NCBI GenBank assembly: GCA_032127815.1 | Contig: JAQBHK010000326.1 | Location: 1-36,431 of the forward strand | DNA length: 36,431 bases | Origin: Desulfobacterales bacterium | GTDB lineage: Bacteria; Desulfobacterota; Desulfobacteria; Desulfobacterales; UBA11574 | Direction of reading: 5' to 3' | Part shown: piece by piece, positions 1-10,321 of the stretch | Layout: the number at the start of each line of letters is the position of its first letter | Numbering within the stretch: the stretch's first letter is position 1 | The notes under the pieces: generated by a model | Seen by the model: the letters and a program-made list of their open reading frames with translations, nothing else | Told to the model about the DNA's origin: nothing | Database searches by the model: none | Program-made: the position numbers and the translations under genes

Positions 1-770
1 GTGAGCCCCAAATACTTCACCACATCCTGGCGGAACCTGTAAGCCAGGCCGTCCGATCCTCCACCGATTCCCATCATCAAGCACAGCGTGTCTGCCATGT
101 AAACTATGGCCGTTTCAAGATAACTTTCCAGGGACTCGTCCGGAAAGTGATGGTTTCTGATAATTTCCACCATCTTGGGGCTGAACTTCCACGTTTCAGC
201 CACCATAGCCCCGAGTTCCGCATGATCGATACCGATCACTTCTTTTTCCGCCTCTCTAAAAGAAAAATCTTTTTCTGCTACCAAAGTGTTGATTTTTTCA
301 TATGAATCCCCGACATACCGGCTTAAGATCACTTTGCCGATATCCTTTAAGAGTGCCGCGGTAAATATCAGGTTAGCGTCTTTGGCTCTTTTCTTTTCGG
401 CCAGCTCCCTGGCAATAAGAGCAGAGGAAATCGAATATTTCCAGAGTTCACCCTCGTCAAGGTCATACCCTTTCTGGGCGCTTTTTAAATCTTCAGAACT
501 TGCTGCCAGCATGACAAGATCAATCACCTGGCTCATACCCATGTAGACAATGGCCTGATGGACGGAATCAACCTTGCCCGACATCCCAAAGTAGGCGGAG
601 TTGGCAACTTTCAATAAATTAGCGGTTACGGCCGCGTCATAAACAATAACCTTGGACAGATCGGACATGGAGCTGTTGGGGTCTTGGGCAATAGCCATGA
701 CCTTATTTGCCACCTGGGGAACCGGTTTCAAACAGTCAATCTTTTTTATGATAGATTTTATATCGCTCAT
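1..770 (-). CDS. HDOD-domain signal transduction protein (runs off the left edge of the window)
   Basis: Not in the ORF track; hand translation from ATG 770 (ATGA overlap with the cheD stop) gives MSDIKSIIKKIDCLKPVPQVANKVMAIAQDPNSS...LLKVANSAYFG...LWKYS...AALLKDIGK...GIDHAELGAMVAETWKF...IRNHH, typical HDOD motifs. Confidence 0.88.
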   Translation of the reverse strand, partial: MSDIKSIIKKIDCLKPVPQVANKVMAIAQDPNSSMSDLSKVIVYDAAVTANLLKVANSAYFGMSGKVDSVHQAIVYMGMSQVIDLVMLAASSEDLKSAQKGYDLDEGELWKYSISSALIARELAEKKRAKDANLIFTAALLKDIGKVILSRYVGDSYEKINTLVAEKDFSFREAEKEVIGIDHAELGAMVAETWKFSPKMVEIIRNHHFPDESLESYLETAIVYMADTLCLMMGIGGGSDGLAYRFRQDVVKYLGL

Positions 771-1246
771 ATCTTTTTTTCTCCCTGGCCGGATACTTTT
801 AACCAGACATCCCCGCTTTTAACCTCTAGTTTTATGGTTCGATTGGCAATGCCGCCTACATCCCTGTAATCAATGAGCACGTTGTTTTTATGAAACATTT
901 TTCTGAGTGCAATATCATTGCGCTTGCCGATGTTAAAAAAGCCGGCCTGGTCCATAATCTGTGACCCTCCTGCTACGACAACTTTCATTCTCTGCTTCTT
1001 GGCACCTAACCCATAGGCGGCCTTGAACAGAGCAGGAATGCCGGTGTCGGCAAACATATACGGATTGTTTATGGCTTTTTCCGGAGCCAGCTTGGATTCC
1101 GGGAGCAAATAATGGAGAAGACCGCCTACCTTTGCCACGGCATCGTAAACTGCAACACCGATACACGACCCCAGAGAATAGGTGACAAGAACGGCTTCCA
1201 AATCGTTACTGACTTTCATATCCGATACGCCGACAATTGTTCGCAT
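767..1246 (-). CDS. cheD: Chemoreceptor glutamine deamidase CheD
   Basis: LVTYSLGSCIGV...GGLLHYLLP, FADTGI, KVVVAGG, FNIGKRN, DVGG motifs; chemotaxis context. Confidence 0.95.
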   Translation of the reverse strand: MRTIVGVSDMKVSNDLEAVLVTYSLGSCIGVAVYDAVAKVGGLLHYLLPESKLAPEKAINNPYMFADTGIPALFKAAYGLGAKKQRMKVVVAGGSQIMDQAGFFNIGKRNDIALRKMFHKNNVLIDYRDVGGIANRTIKLEVKSGDVWLKVSGQGEKKI

Positions 1247-1282
1247 GATTAATCTCGCTTCTTTGTTTTTCTAAAGTATTTC

Positions 1283-1358
1283 ACTCGAACCCTCTTGGAC
1301 CGACGTAGCTTCAGCGTAGGCGGCTGAATCCTTGAACCTTTGAACCCGTGAACGGATA
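1283..1358. repeat. Short periodic (about 8-nt, tgaaccYY-like) repeat tract interrupted by a GC-rich insert
   Basis: ctcgaaccct...tgaatcct tgaacctt tgaacccg tgaacgg; same unit as the tract at about 18755-18812. Confidence 0.55.
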
Positions 1359-1375
1359 CGAGTTCATAATAGTTT

Positions 1376-1759
1376 TTATCGCTTTTTCCATCTCTCTATT
1401 TTATCAAAGGCATCTTGGGCCGCTTTTAAGAGAGTTTTAAGTTCTACCGGCTTATTGAAATAATCATCAAAACCAGCCTCCCGGCAATCCGCAAGCTCAA
1501 AAAGGGATGCGTACCCGGTTACCGCATAGATAACACCAATGGGATTGTCTTTTCGAATTTTTCGGCACAGTTCCACACCATTCATCTTTGGTAGTTTGAG
1601 ATCAAGAAACATAACCTGATATTTTTCTTTTTCCAAAATATCCAGAGTCTCTTCAGCACTTGCGGCACATTGAACCAAATAGCCGGCTTGACTAAACGCT
1701 TTCTTAAGCATGATGCGTATCTGCTCTTCATCATCCACCAAAAGTATTTTTTTGTTCAT
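1376..1759 (-). CDS. Single-domain response regulator (receiver)
   Basis: ILLVDDE, MFLDLKLPKMNG, VTGYA, NKP motifs; GGAGG upstream; alternative start 1762. Confidence 0.92.
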   Translation of the reverse strand: MNKKILLVDDEEQIRIMLKKAFSQAGYLVQCAASAEETLDILEKEKYQVMFLDLKLPKMNGVELCRKIRKDNPIGVIYAVTGYASLFELADCREAGFDDYFNKPVELKTLLKAAQDAFDKIERWKKR

Positions 1760-2898
1760 CATGCCGCCTCCATTTCTTTTGAAGCTTTATGAATATCAAT
1801 GATTTTGCGGCCTTCAATGTATTCACATGTTTTATATTGAGTGATTTTCATAAGTTTATCCGTTATTTCACTCATTTTAACAACCTGTCCCTTTAGGATG
1901 TTCAAGTCTTCATATATCGAACTATCTTTAGATATTTCCCCCAGCAAAAGGTCTGAATATCCGCTTATGATCTGCATCGGCTGATTTATTTCATGACACA
2001 CAGCGCCGGCCATTTCGAGGACACCCTGGAGTTTTTCGTGCCGGATGCGTTCTTGCTCCGCCTGCTTGCGTTCACTCAAGTCTCTTAAGGCTGTTTGCTT
2101 GACCAGGCGGCCTTGATAGCTGACTGCTTTGCCGCAAGCTTCAACCGGTAAAGTCGTCCCGTCTTTTTTAATACACATCAACTCATAAGGTTCTTCATTG
2201 CTCGAAGACATCTGTTTTAACGCCAAGTCCCTGTACTGCGGTGCTACAACATCAAGAACCTCCATCCCGTCCACTTCCGCGAAATCATATCCAAACATTC
2301 TGGCAAAAACTTCGTTTGAAGCCAATATTTTGCCATTTCCGATCAGGGCAACCCCTTCAACAGTAGCCTCGGAAAGCTTTTGAAGCCTTTCTTCGCTTTG
2401 TCTTAATGCTTCGGCTGTTGCAGCAATTTCAACTACATATCGTCTTAATGCTTCGGCTGTTGCAGCAATTTCATCTACATATTTTGATCTTTCTTCGAGC
2501 ACCGCTTTTTCTTTTTGAGTTTTAAAAAGAAAAATGCCTCCGGCTGCAAACAATAAAACAATCAAACCTGCAAACCCAAACGTAGTCATTGCATTCTTGT
2601 GGATGGGATCGGCAACAGCAGCGTACGGTTCCGTAACGGTAATTTCCCAAAAATCTTCGCCTAAACTGATTGGGGTAAAGGCAGTGATGGTTTTTTCATG
2701 ATGATAATAAGGATCGTTCCGGATTTTTACTCCCGCATTTGAATGTTTTGCTGTTATCAACATTAGTTGATGCACTTGAGCGATAAGGCCTTTCTCATAA
2801 TCATTATGAGATTTCCAAGAATAAAAGCCTACGACCATGATCACAACAGCAATTGCAGCCGGCATTAATGCGCTGGTATATTGTAATTTGGTTTTCAT
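1759..2898 (-). CDS. Membrane sensor: 2 TM helices, short periplasmic loop, PAS domain and HisKA-like dimerisation domain, no HATPase domain
   Basis: Probable start MKTKLQY at 2898 (overlaps the upstream stop); PAS (NEVFARMFGY...KKDGTTLPVE...RDLSERKQAE); H-box AVCHEINQPM; the ORF ends about 75 aa later with no N/G boxes. Confidence 0.8.
   Translation of the reverse strand: MKTKLQYTSALMPAAIAVVIMVVGFYSWKSHNDYEKGLIAQVHQLMLITAKHSNAGVKIRNDPYYHHEKTITAFTPISLGEDFWEITVTEPYAAVADPIHKNAMTTFGFAGLIVLLFAAGGIFLFKTQKEKAVLEERSKYVDEIAATAEALRRYVVEIAATAEALRQSEERLQKLSEATVEGVALIGNGKILASNEVFARMFGYDFAEVDGMEVLDVVAPQYRDLALKQMSSSNEEPYELMCIKKDGTTLPVEACGKAVSYQGRLVKQTALRDLSERKQAEQERIRHEKLQGVLEMAGAVCHEINQPMQIISGYSDLLLGEISKDSSIYEDLNILKGQVVKMSEITDKLMKITQYKTCEYIEGRKIIDIHKASKEMEAA
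2400..2483. repeat. 42-bp in-frame tandem duplication (2 copies, 40/42 identical)
   Basis: gtcttaatgcttcggctgttgcagcaatttcaactacatatc followed by gtcttaatgcttcggctgttgcagcaatttcatctacatatt; encodes YVDEIAATAEALRR/YVVEIAATAEALRQ. Confidence 0.95.
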
Positions 2899-3731
2899 AT
2901 ATTTACTCCATCCGGCTTTTCCTCTTGTTCGGCCAGAACAGTATAAACCTGTTCGGCTGTAGCCAGGTACGTGCGGGTCTGCTCCGAAAACGCCTGCCAT
3001 GAACGCTTACCCACTATGTTTTCAGTTGCTCTGGCGGCGGCTGTAAAAGATTGCTCTTCAAGTCCGGCCTTTGATTCCAAAATTTTCGTGGTTAATCTTA
3101 TGAAATCACGCTGGGCCAGCTCTTGGGCTTCGGCCTTGGCTTCTTCTTGCAAAACGGCGATTTTATTCTCATAGTCTTGGTGGATCGAAGAAACATGATG
3201 TTTCATTTCTTTGTCCAGTTGCTTTGCTTTGTTGCCGGCATTCAACCGTATGGCCTGCTCCAAGAGCAGGCATGCTTCTCGCTTTTGATATCTTCTGAAC
3301 GCAATCAGACCCAGGTGCATGTACGCATCACCGCATTGTGGGTCTAATTCAATCGCTTTTTTAAAATATTTTGCGCCGGACGGTGGATATCTCAGCAGCC
3401 ATAACCATCGCAACAAAATTACCGTAAAGATGGCTGTTAGCATTATTATGATAAAAAGAAATGGAGTTAAATTGGGGTTGCTGAACACAAAATAGCCGAT
3501 GCAAACTGAGGATAAAATTAAAACAGTATATATGGGGATGAATAATCTTATCCCCCAGTTTCGTCTGGCAAAATATTGGATCATATCTATTTTTGCTTCA
3601 CAAAGACGACCAAGTTCCAGCCATTCCCTTGCATCTTGGGAATGTTGCCGAACGCGTTTCTTTTGCGCAGTTATGAGGGAATCATAAAAGGCAGGGTCTG
3701 AAACTTCATATTCTCTTTTTCTGCTAAACAT
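2895..3731 (-). CDS. Membrane protein with 2 TM helices, TPR repeat(s) and coiled coil; possibly truncated
   Basis: Hydrophobic hairpin at about aa 60-112; TPR-like AKYFKKAIELDPQCGDAYMHLGLIAF...ACLLLEQAIRLN. Confidence 0.7.
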   Translation of the reverse strand: MFSRKREYEVSDPAFYDSLITAQKKRVRQHSQDAREWLELGRLCEAKIDMIQYFARRNWGIRLFIPIYTVLILSSVCIGYFVFSNPNLTPFLFIIIMLTAIFTVILLRWLWLLRYPPSGAKYFKKAIELDPQCGDAYMHLGLIAFRRYQKREACLLLEQAIRLNAGNKAKQLDKEMKHHVSSIHQDYENKIAVLQEEAKAEAQELAQRDFIRLTTKILESKAGLEEQSFTAAARATENIVGKRSWQAFSEQTRTYLATAEQVYTVLAEQEEKPDGVNI

Positions 3732-3756
3732 AGTTCGCTATAATCTTATAATTTAT

Positions 3757-3932
3757 TTAAATAAGGATCATATAATAGTGTTCATCTTCAAGGAACAAAC
3801 AGATCAACTCCAAAGTACGGTTGTCCGGAATATGCTCTTCCCACCCAAGACTTTTCAGGGCCTGTTTTAAGCCGGATGATTCAAAATACATTTCTTTGCC
3901 GATAACATTGGACACGTCCCTGGCAAGTCGAT
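3757..3932 (-). pseudogene. Possible small gene or remnant of an uncharacterised gene
   Basis: Protein-like frame NRLARDVSNVIGKEMYFESSGLKQALKSLGWEEHIPDNRTLELICLFLEDEHYY filling the gap, with no convincing start/RBS. Confidence 0.3.
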
Positions 3933-5417
3933 TTATTTCAAGGGAAATCCGTAACCTATAAGAGGTTTTAGCATATCCCCTAACGACTTCACACCTGCAG
4001 CGCACTGACGCAGCTTGTTTTCGGCCTCCCTGTCCATCACCCACTCAACCAGCGTTTTACTGTTAACGTAATCATGCAGCACATTTCCATAGTGTGCATC
4101 GGGGTTATATATAAATTTTATCTGAGAGAGAAAGATTCCTGCGTCGACGAGCCTGTCGATTATATTCATTACGGCTTCAAAATGATTTGCAACGACAATG
4201 GCTTGGAGCTTTCTTAGCTCATGTTTGTATATGTCAAAAGTATTCACTCGCTTGAAAATGTGCCCGATCAGATCTGTAGTGTCCCCGCCGTACATCCTGT
4301 CAAGATTGCTGATATGACTCATGTAGGAGAATTTCTCTGGAAAAGAAACGATCACAACAGTACACGAGGAGACACCGTACGTGCATATCAGCTCTTTTTT
4401 ATGCACTTTGCGAAATTCGTCCATATCAACTTCTACCGGTTTTCTGTCTATGGGCATGGAACTACAGTACCGGCGATTCTGCTCTTGGAAGTTTAGGATA
4501 AGATGTTGCCGTGATTCTTCCCTCTTTTTTTTGTATTGCTCCGTGGTAATTTCGTCTTCGTCGATTTTCGTAATTAGCAGCCATTCGCTATTGGAAATAC
4601 GACAGACTTCGAATGAACTGAGTGCCCTGACCCCCCTGTAGTCTACAACAATTTTGTGACCGGCTTTTTCGCGGAATTTGGCGGCAATATTTTCATATGA
4701 TAAGTGTTTTTTGAGAATGCTGGAGTCTCCGTAAAAGCGTGAATCAGTTAGCATATAGTGCTGCTTGTTAACCAAGAAGACTTCGCCCGTTGCTCCCAGT
4801 CCCTCTTCTTGTGTAAACATGCTGTTTATTTTATTGATGGCGCATTGCAAAACAAACCAGCCTGCAAAATGTCCATCCTTCAAGACAGGTACTACGAAGA
4901 AAGCTGAAGGTTCATCTGAAATTGCATAATATTGATAGTCCACAAATGTTTCCATAGGATGCTTCTTTAGTTGCTGCGCAAGAGCTGTCTGGGCAAGCTC
5001 ACCTTCAAAAAGATTTTCATGATAGTCGGATTGCTGGCGAATGGTGTAGAATATATCCCCGTCTTTGTTTATAAACAGGATGTCATAGAACGAGGAGTAG
5101 TTGCGCAGGTAATGGTCGCGAATCTTTTTTTTGAGCTCACTGATCTTGCGCAAGAGTGTTTCTGGGGGAGGGGTGGTTTTCTGAAGTTGATAATACCTGT
5201 TCTTTATGTAAAAAAACTCGGACATGGGATTGTCGGAGCCGATAGCATCCGCGTTCTTGCGAATTTTCTCCAGATAGTCAAAAAGCTGCTGCTTCTTGAC
5301 CGTCCGGATCTTATCCAGTCTTTGGTATGTTTCTTCCTGGATTGATTCTCCGTAAGAACTGGAATCCTGGGAAAAGGTCATAATCATCGCAATAAACAGC
5401 ACAATAATATATCTCAT
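3933..5417 (-). CDS. Signal peptide/anchor + dCache sensor domain + C-terminal CheD-like (putative deamidase) domain
   Basis: ATG 5417 with GGAG RBS; dCache motifs YDILFINKDGDIFYTI, EPSAFFVVPV, GLGATGEVFLV, TDSRF, DYRG, WLLITKIDEDE; no second TM; C-terminal ICTYGVSSCTVV...MSHIS aligns with CheD LVTYSLGSCIGV...LLHYL. Confidence 0.8.
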   Translation of the reverse strand: MRYIIVLFIAMIMTFSQDSSSYGESIQEETYQRLDKIRTVKKQQLFDYLEKIRKNADAIGSDNPMSEFFYIKNRYYQLQKTTPPPETLLRKISELKKKIRDHYLRNYSSFYDILFINKDGDIFYTIRQQSDYHENLFEGELAQTALAQQLKKHPMETFVDYQYYAISDEPSAFFVVPVLKDGHFAGWFVLQCAINKINSMFTQEEGLGATGEVFLVNKQHYMLTDSRFYGDSSILKKHLSYENIAAKFREKAGHKIVVDYRGVRALSSFEVCRISNSEWLLITKIDEDEITTEQYKKKREESRQHLILNFQEQNRRYCSSMPIDRKPVEVDMDEFRKVHKKELICTYGVSSCTVVIVSFPEKFSYMSHISNLDRMYGGDTTDLIGHIFKRVNTFDIYKHELRKLQAIVVANHFEAVMNIIDRLVDAGIFLSQIKFIYNPDAHYGNVLHDYVNSKTLVEWVMDREAENKLRQCAAGVKSLGDMLKPLIGYGFPLK

Positions 5418-5649
5418 CTGAGGCTCCAAAAACAGAATGCTCCTTTCATTTAAACCTTCATAGTTAATTTAGATTCCGGACTTAGCGCCGGTTTCTACAA
5501 AACACCTTTCTATTGTGATCATGCTGTTTTCCAAAAACAGATCAACAGGGTTCATTTTAATAAGTGTTCCATGTCAAGCAAGATTTTCACGCCTCCTTTT
5601 ATCTTTGTCATGCCTAAAATAATAATACAGCTTCGGTCAGCTATGCCTG

Positions 5650-6699
<1,050 letters not shown>

Positions 6700-6972
6700 T
6701 TATGCTGCCTTTTCTAAAGCAGCTATCTCCTCACCGCTGAGTACTCGATTAATATCGATTAAAATCCTAACATTTCCTTCCCTTGAATCTCCAGTATCTT
6801 CTTCAGGGAGCAGGTCAGTCCATTTGGTCTTCTTGGAATTAAACTCCTCTCTTGAATACCCTGTCAGCACTTCTATCTGGTCGCCATAAAATTCAACCGA
6901 CCCGTCAACATAACCGTTATAGCCGATATGTACGTTGGCGGGTTGGGTCGTTGTTTTATCAAAGGCGTTCAT
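6700..6972 (-). pseudogene. Chimeric remnant: partial PAS segment fused in frame to the C-terminal tail of a CheW
   Basis: IEVLTGYSREEF...WTDLLPEED is a PAS N-terminal half; EGNVRILIDINRVLSGEEIAALEKAA closely matches the tail of CheW 9281-9793 (EGGVKILLDIDRVLSAEEVSLLDKAA). Confidence 0.7.
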
Positions 6973-7106
6973 GTTCTTTTTCCTTCCGCTTGTTTGACAT
7001 TAGATGAAAGCCGTCTTTTACTTCCGCCTGTCATTGTGCTTTTTGCCGGGATTGGTAACCCGGGCGGTCGCCGACCGGATAAACTGAGAGAAGAGTCATT
7101 ACAGAT

Positions 7107-7146
7107 AGATGCAATGCGATGATTCGAAGCCCATCGCATTGCATCT
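7107..7146. repeat. Perfect 15-bp inverted repeat (hairpin) downstream of the MCP gene
   Basis: agatgcaatgcgatg-attcgaagcc-catcgcattgcatct. Confidence 0.8.
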
Positions 7147-7238
7147 CCTGTTGTTGAAGCGGCGAAGCCTGCCGGTCGAAGATGCCGTACACGGTGAGGC
7201 AGACAAGCCGCGTTTCTAAAATTGCCAAGCAATTTTAT

Positions 7239-9224
7239 TTAGAAGTCCTTAAAATCGTCATCATCCATCGGAATGATCTGGTTAGGGTTGACTTCCATGG
7301 CATGATGAACCGCCAGTGCTTTGCCTTTGGATTTCTTTGCAGTCGCCGGGAATTTTTTATGAGCTGCACTTTTAGACTTGCGTGTCACCCGGGCATGACC
7401 CCCGGTGTTGCCTTTGCCGCCTCCTCCGACCAGTTCCACAAGCTCATTCACAAACCCTTTCATCTGCTCTGCCTGGGCATTCATTTCCTCTGAAGCACTG
7501 GCAGACTCTTCCGCATTGGCGGCATTCTGTTGAACGACCTTGTCCATCTCGGCTACAGCCTTGTTGACCTGATCGATCCCCTCGGCCTGCTCCTTGGAAG
7601 CGGCCGCAATTTCAGCAACCAGTCCGCCGACCTTGGCCGAACTGTTGGCCACCTCGGTGAAGGCCTCGTTGGTCGTGGCGACAAGCTCTCCGCCGTCTTT
7701 GACTTTCTTGACGGTCCCTTCGATCAGATTGGCCGTGTTTTTGGCGGCATCGGCCGCCCGCATAGCCAGGTTCCTGACCTCATCGGCCACCACGGCAAAG
7801 CCTGCTCCGGCTTCGCCGGCCCGGGCCGCTTCCACGGCGGCATTGAGTGCCAGCAGGTTGGTCTGGAAAGCAATCTCATCAATGGTCTTGATGATCTTGG
7901 AGGTCTCTTCACTGGCCTTGGAGATCTCTGCCATGGAGGTGGTAAGCTCTCTCATGGAGTCGTTGGCCTTGGTCACCACCTGGTTGGCTTCCTTCATCAG
8001 ATTGTCAGCCTGATTGGCGTTATCGGCGTTCTGCTTGGTCATGGAGGACATCTCTTCCAGGGATGAGGAGGTTTCCTCTATTGACGCGGCCTGTTCGGAA
8101 GCGCCTTCGGCCAAAGACTGGCTGGCGGATGAGACCTGCCCGGAAGCCGAGGCCACCTGGTCAGACCCTTCGTTCAGACCTTCGATGATGCGGTTGATCG
8201 GCCTGGTGATGGAGCGGGTGATAAAAAAGGCGATGGCCACACCCAAAGTAAAAGCAATGATCAGACCGATAATCATAACCGTTTGTGAGGCGGAAAGTGT
8301 TTTGACCGCATCATCAGCAATACCTTTTGTGCCGGTCACGGCCGCCTTGGCAAGTTCCTCGGATGCTGCCAGCACCTTGTCGCCGGTCAGGTTTCGCTGG
8401 GCTCCGATATCCTGAAGCGCCTGCCAGTTCTTTAAAAAGTCCAGCATGCCCTGCTTGTATTCGTCGGCAGCTCTTTGGATATTGTCAAGCTGTTTCAGGT
8501 TGGCTTCCTGTGTTGTGTTGTTACGGATTTGTTTGAGCTTATCCGCCATAATGTCAAAATTTTTGACGGCATCCTGGATGATCTTGGGATCACGCAGGGC
8601 CTGTGATTTAAAAGCAGCAATGCGCGTGGTGTTGCCCACGTCAATGATGTCATTGATCATTATGTTTTTTTCCAGTCGTTCAAGCAGCTTTGCCTCTCCG
8701 ACCCCCATGGCAAATTCTTTTTTAATCTTTTCGTTCTGACTGTTCAGAAAATCTTCGCAATTCTTCATGTATGCGGCCGCGGCCGAATCGAGTGTTTTTC
8801 GGTTTTCATGCATCAGTCCAATAGTTTTTTCGGTCTGCGCAGTCAGCTTCTTGTACTCTCCGACGTTTCCTTCGATGTCACCAACGACACCGCGTAATTT
8901 TACAAGGTGCTCGGCTTTTTCCGAGAGCTTTTTGGTGTTGCCGATCTGCTCATCGAGCCGCTTCATTCGATCATTCGCCCTTTCCAAATATTCGCGTTCT
9001 TCGCTGAAAGTGTATCCCCGCATGGCGAACATGATTTTGGCGGAGTTTCTTTCCACACTGTTGGCCAGCTCGACTTCAGGCGCATATTCATTGGCCAGAA
9101 TAATGGACTTGCCCTCGATGGCTTTCATGTTCTTGACGGCAAGGCCCCCCAGGGCGCAGGCAATAATAATGAGTATGCCGAACCCCACACCAATTTTTGT
9201 CCCCAATTTCATATTCTTAAACAT
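7239..9224 (-). CDS. Methyl-accepting chemotaxis protein with a large all-helical periplasmic domain
   Basis: Two TMs; hairpin tip [40 protein letters not shown]; C-terminal DFKDF tether-like pentapeptide. Confidence 0.96.
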   Translation of the reverse strand: MFKNMKLGTKIGVGFGILIIIACALGGLAVKNMKAIEGKSIILANEYAPEVELANSVERNSAKIMFAMRGYTFSEEREYLERANDRMKRLDEQIGNTKKLSEKAEHLVKLRGVVGDIEGNVGEYKKLTAQTEKTIGLMHENRKTLDSAAAAYMKNCEDFLNSQNEKIKKEFAMGVGEAKLLERLEKNIMINDIIDVGNTTRIAAFKSQALRDPKIIQDAVKNFDIMADKLKQIRNNTTQEANLKQLDNIQRAADEYKQGMLDFLKNWQALQDIGAQRNLTGDKVLAASEELAKAAVTGTKGIADDAVKTLSASQTVMIIGLIIAFTLGVAIAFFITRSITRPINRIIEGLNEGSDQVASASGQVSSASQSLAEGASEQAASIEETSSSLEEMSSMTKQNADNANQADNLMKEANQVVTKANDSMRELTTSMAEISKASEETSKIIKTIDEIAFQTNLLALNAAVEAARAGEAGAGFAVVADEVRNLAMRAADAAKNTANLIEGTVKKVKDGGELVATTNEAFTEVANSSAKVGGLVAEIAAASKEQAEGIDQVNKAVAEMDKVVQQNAANAEESASASEEMNAQAEQMKGFVNELVELVGGGGKGNTGGHARVTRKSKSAAHKKFPATAKKSKGKALAVHHAMEVNPNQIIPMDDDDFKDF

Positions 9225-9280
9225 TGTTTAGTTCCTTTCTTATAGTTTTGTTGTTGTCGTCAAACCTTCCCGGAAAACGA

Positions 9281-9793
9281 TCAGGCGGCCTTGTCTAATA
9301 ACGAAACCTCTTCTGCGCTGAGCACGCGATCAATATCGAGCAAAATCTTAACACCCCCTTCCATCTTGGCCATACCAAGAATATAGTCCGTGTTCAGCTT
9401 GGCACCGAATGTAGGCGTCTCCTCGACATCCTCTGCATTAACATTTAATACCTCTGATACCGCATCGACGACGATCCCGATCTGAACGGTTCCGGCAGAT
9501 CCGTCGATCTCCACCACGATGATGCAGGTGCGCTCGGTGTAGTCCATGGCATCCATCCCGAACCGGAGCCTCAAATCAATGACCGGGATTACTTTGCCCC
9601 GCAGGTTAATGACCCCTTTGACAAACTCAGGGGTTTGCGGAACCGTGGTGATCGGCATCATCCCGATGATCTCCTTGATCTTTAAAATACCGATGCCGTA
9701 CTCCTCACCGGCCAACGAAAAGGTCAGGTATTTGCCCTCTTTGTCGACCATGGCCTTTACGGCCTGATCCATTGTTTCTGCAAGTTCTGCCAT
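9281..9793 (-). CDS. cheW: Chemotaxis coupling protein CheW
   Basis: YLTFSLAGEEYGI, VKGVINLRGKVIPVIDLR, GIVVDAVSEV. Confidence 0.96.
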   Translation of the reverse strand: MAELAETMDQAVKAMVDKEGKYLTFSLAGEEYGIGILKIKEIIGMMPITTVPQTPEFVKGVINLRGKVIPVIDLRLRFGMDAMDYTERTCIIVVEIDGSAGTVQIGIVVDAVSEVLNVNAEDVEETPTFGAKLNTDYILGMAKMEGGVKILLDIDRVLSAEEVSLLDKAA

Positions 9794-9825
9794 AGTGTTG
9801 CTCCTTTCTTTTTTGATTAATAGTT

Positions 9826-10254
9826 TTAGATAAACATGCTCCTATCACTTTGTTCATCATGACCTGTTCCGGATGCCGCCTGGCTGTTCGACACCATTTT
9901 TTCCAAAACAGCGACAACATCGTTAAAATTACCATCCGCATACGCCAGATAACGCGGATACATTCGGTGCCCTGCGGAAATGGTGTCTTTTTTTCTGTCA
10001 GGAACAATTAAGATCATGCGAGCATCCCGGAATGACTCTTTGATTGCACAAATCGCCGACAGCTCTTTGCTGCTGGCGGCCAGAACAACAACAATACGCC
10101 TGTCATAAGTGTAGCCGGTTTGTTGCAGACGCCCGACCAGGCCGTCGATGGTGGTGTAAGTATCGATCTTGGCCCTCAAATTAACTTCTTTTAGGCGATC
10201 GTTAAGACGCTGGCCGGCTTTGGTTTTTGCCTTTGCATATAAAATGATGCGCAT
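9826..10254 (-). CDS. Hypothetical protein, possibly a degenerate receiver-like fold; first gene of the sigma54 operon
   Basis: AGGAGAG RBS; alternating beta/alpha pattern (IILY, IVVVLA, MILIVP, YLAY) without the acidic pocket. Confidence 0.65.
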   Translation of the reverse strand: MRIILYAKAKTKAGQRLNDRLKEVNLRAKIDTYTTIDGLVGRLQQTGYTYDRRIVVVLAASSKELSAICAIKESFRDARMILIVPDRKKDTISAGHRMYPRYLAYADGNFNDVVAVLEKMVSNSQAASGTGHDEQSDRSMFI

Positions 10255-10321
10255 CTTTGACTCTCTCCTTTTTTGAGTACTGTTTTGTTGCGATCATGCG
10301 GTAACAACTGCAACCCTATAT

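Noticed and set aside
2899-3000. Extended N-termini in the ORF track (also 12905, 18254, 25513, 32307)
   Set aside because: Downstream ATGs fit the RBS/promoter position and family length better
5560-5595. Promoter for the Cache-CheD-like gene
   Set aside because: GG...GC spacing is 12 rather than 10, and TTGACA to TAAAAT spacing is only 12 bp
6969-7232. Small ORFs or a c-di-GMP riboswitch between the MCP and cheB
   Set aside because: The ORFs lack protein-like features and cross a hairpin; no riboswitch consensus recognised
7382-9245. Long plus-strand ORFs opposite the MCP (similarly opposite amtB, glnA, glnD, glnE)
   Set aside because: Antisense shadows of well-supported genes
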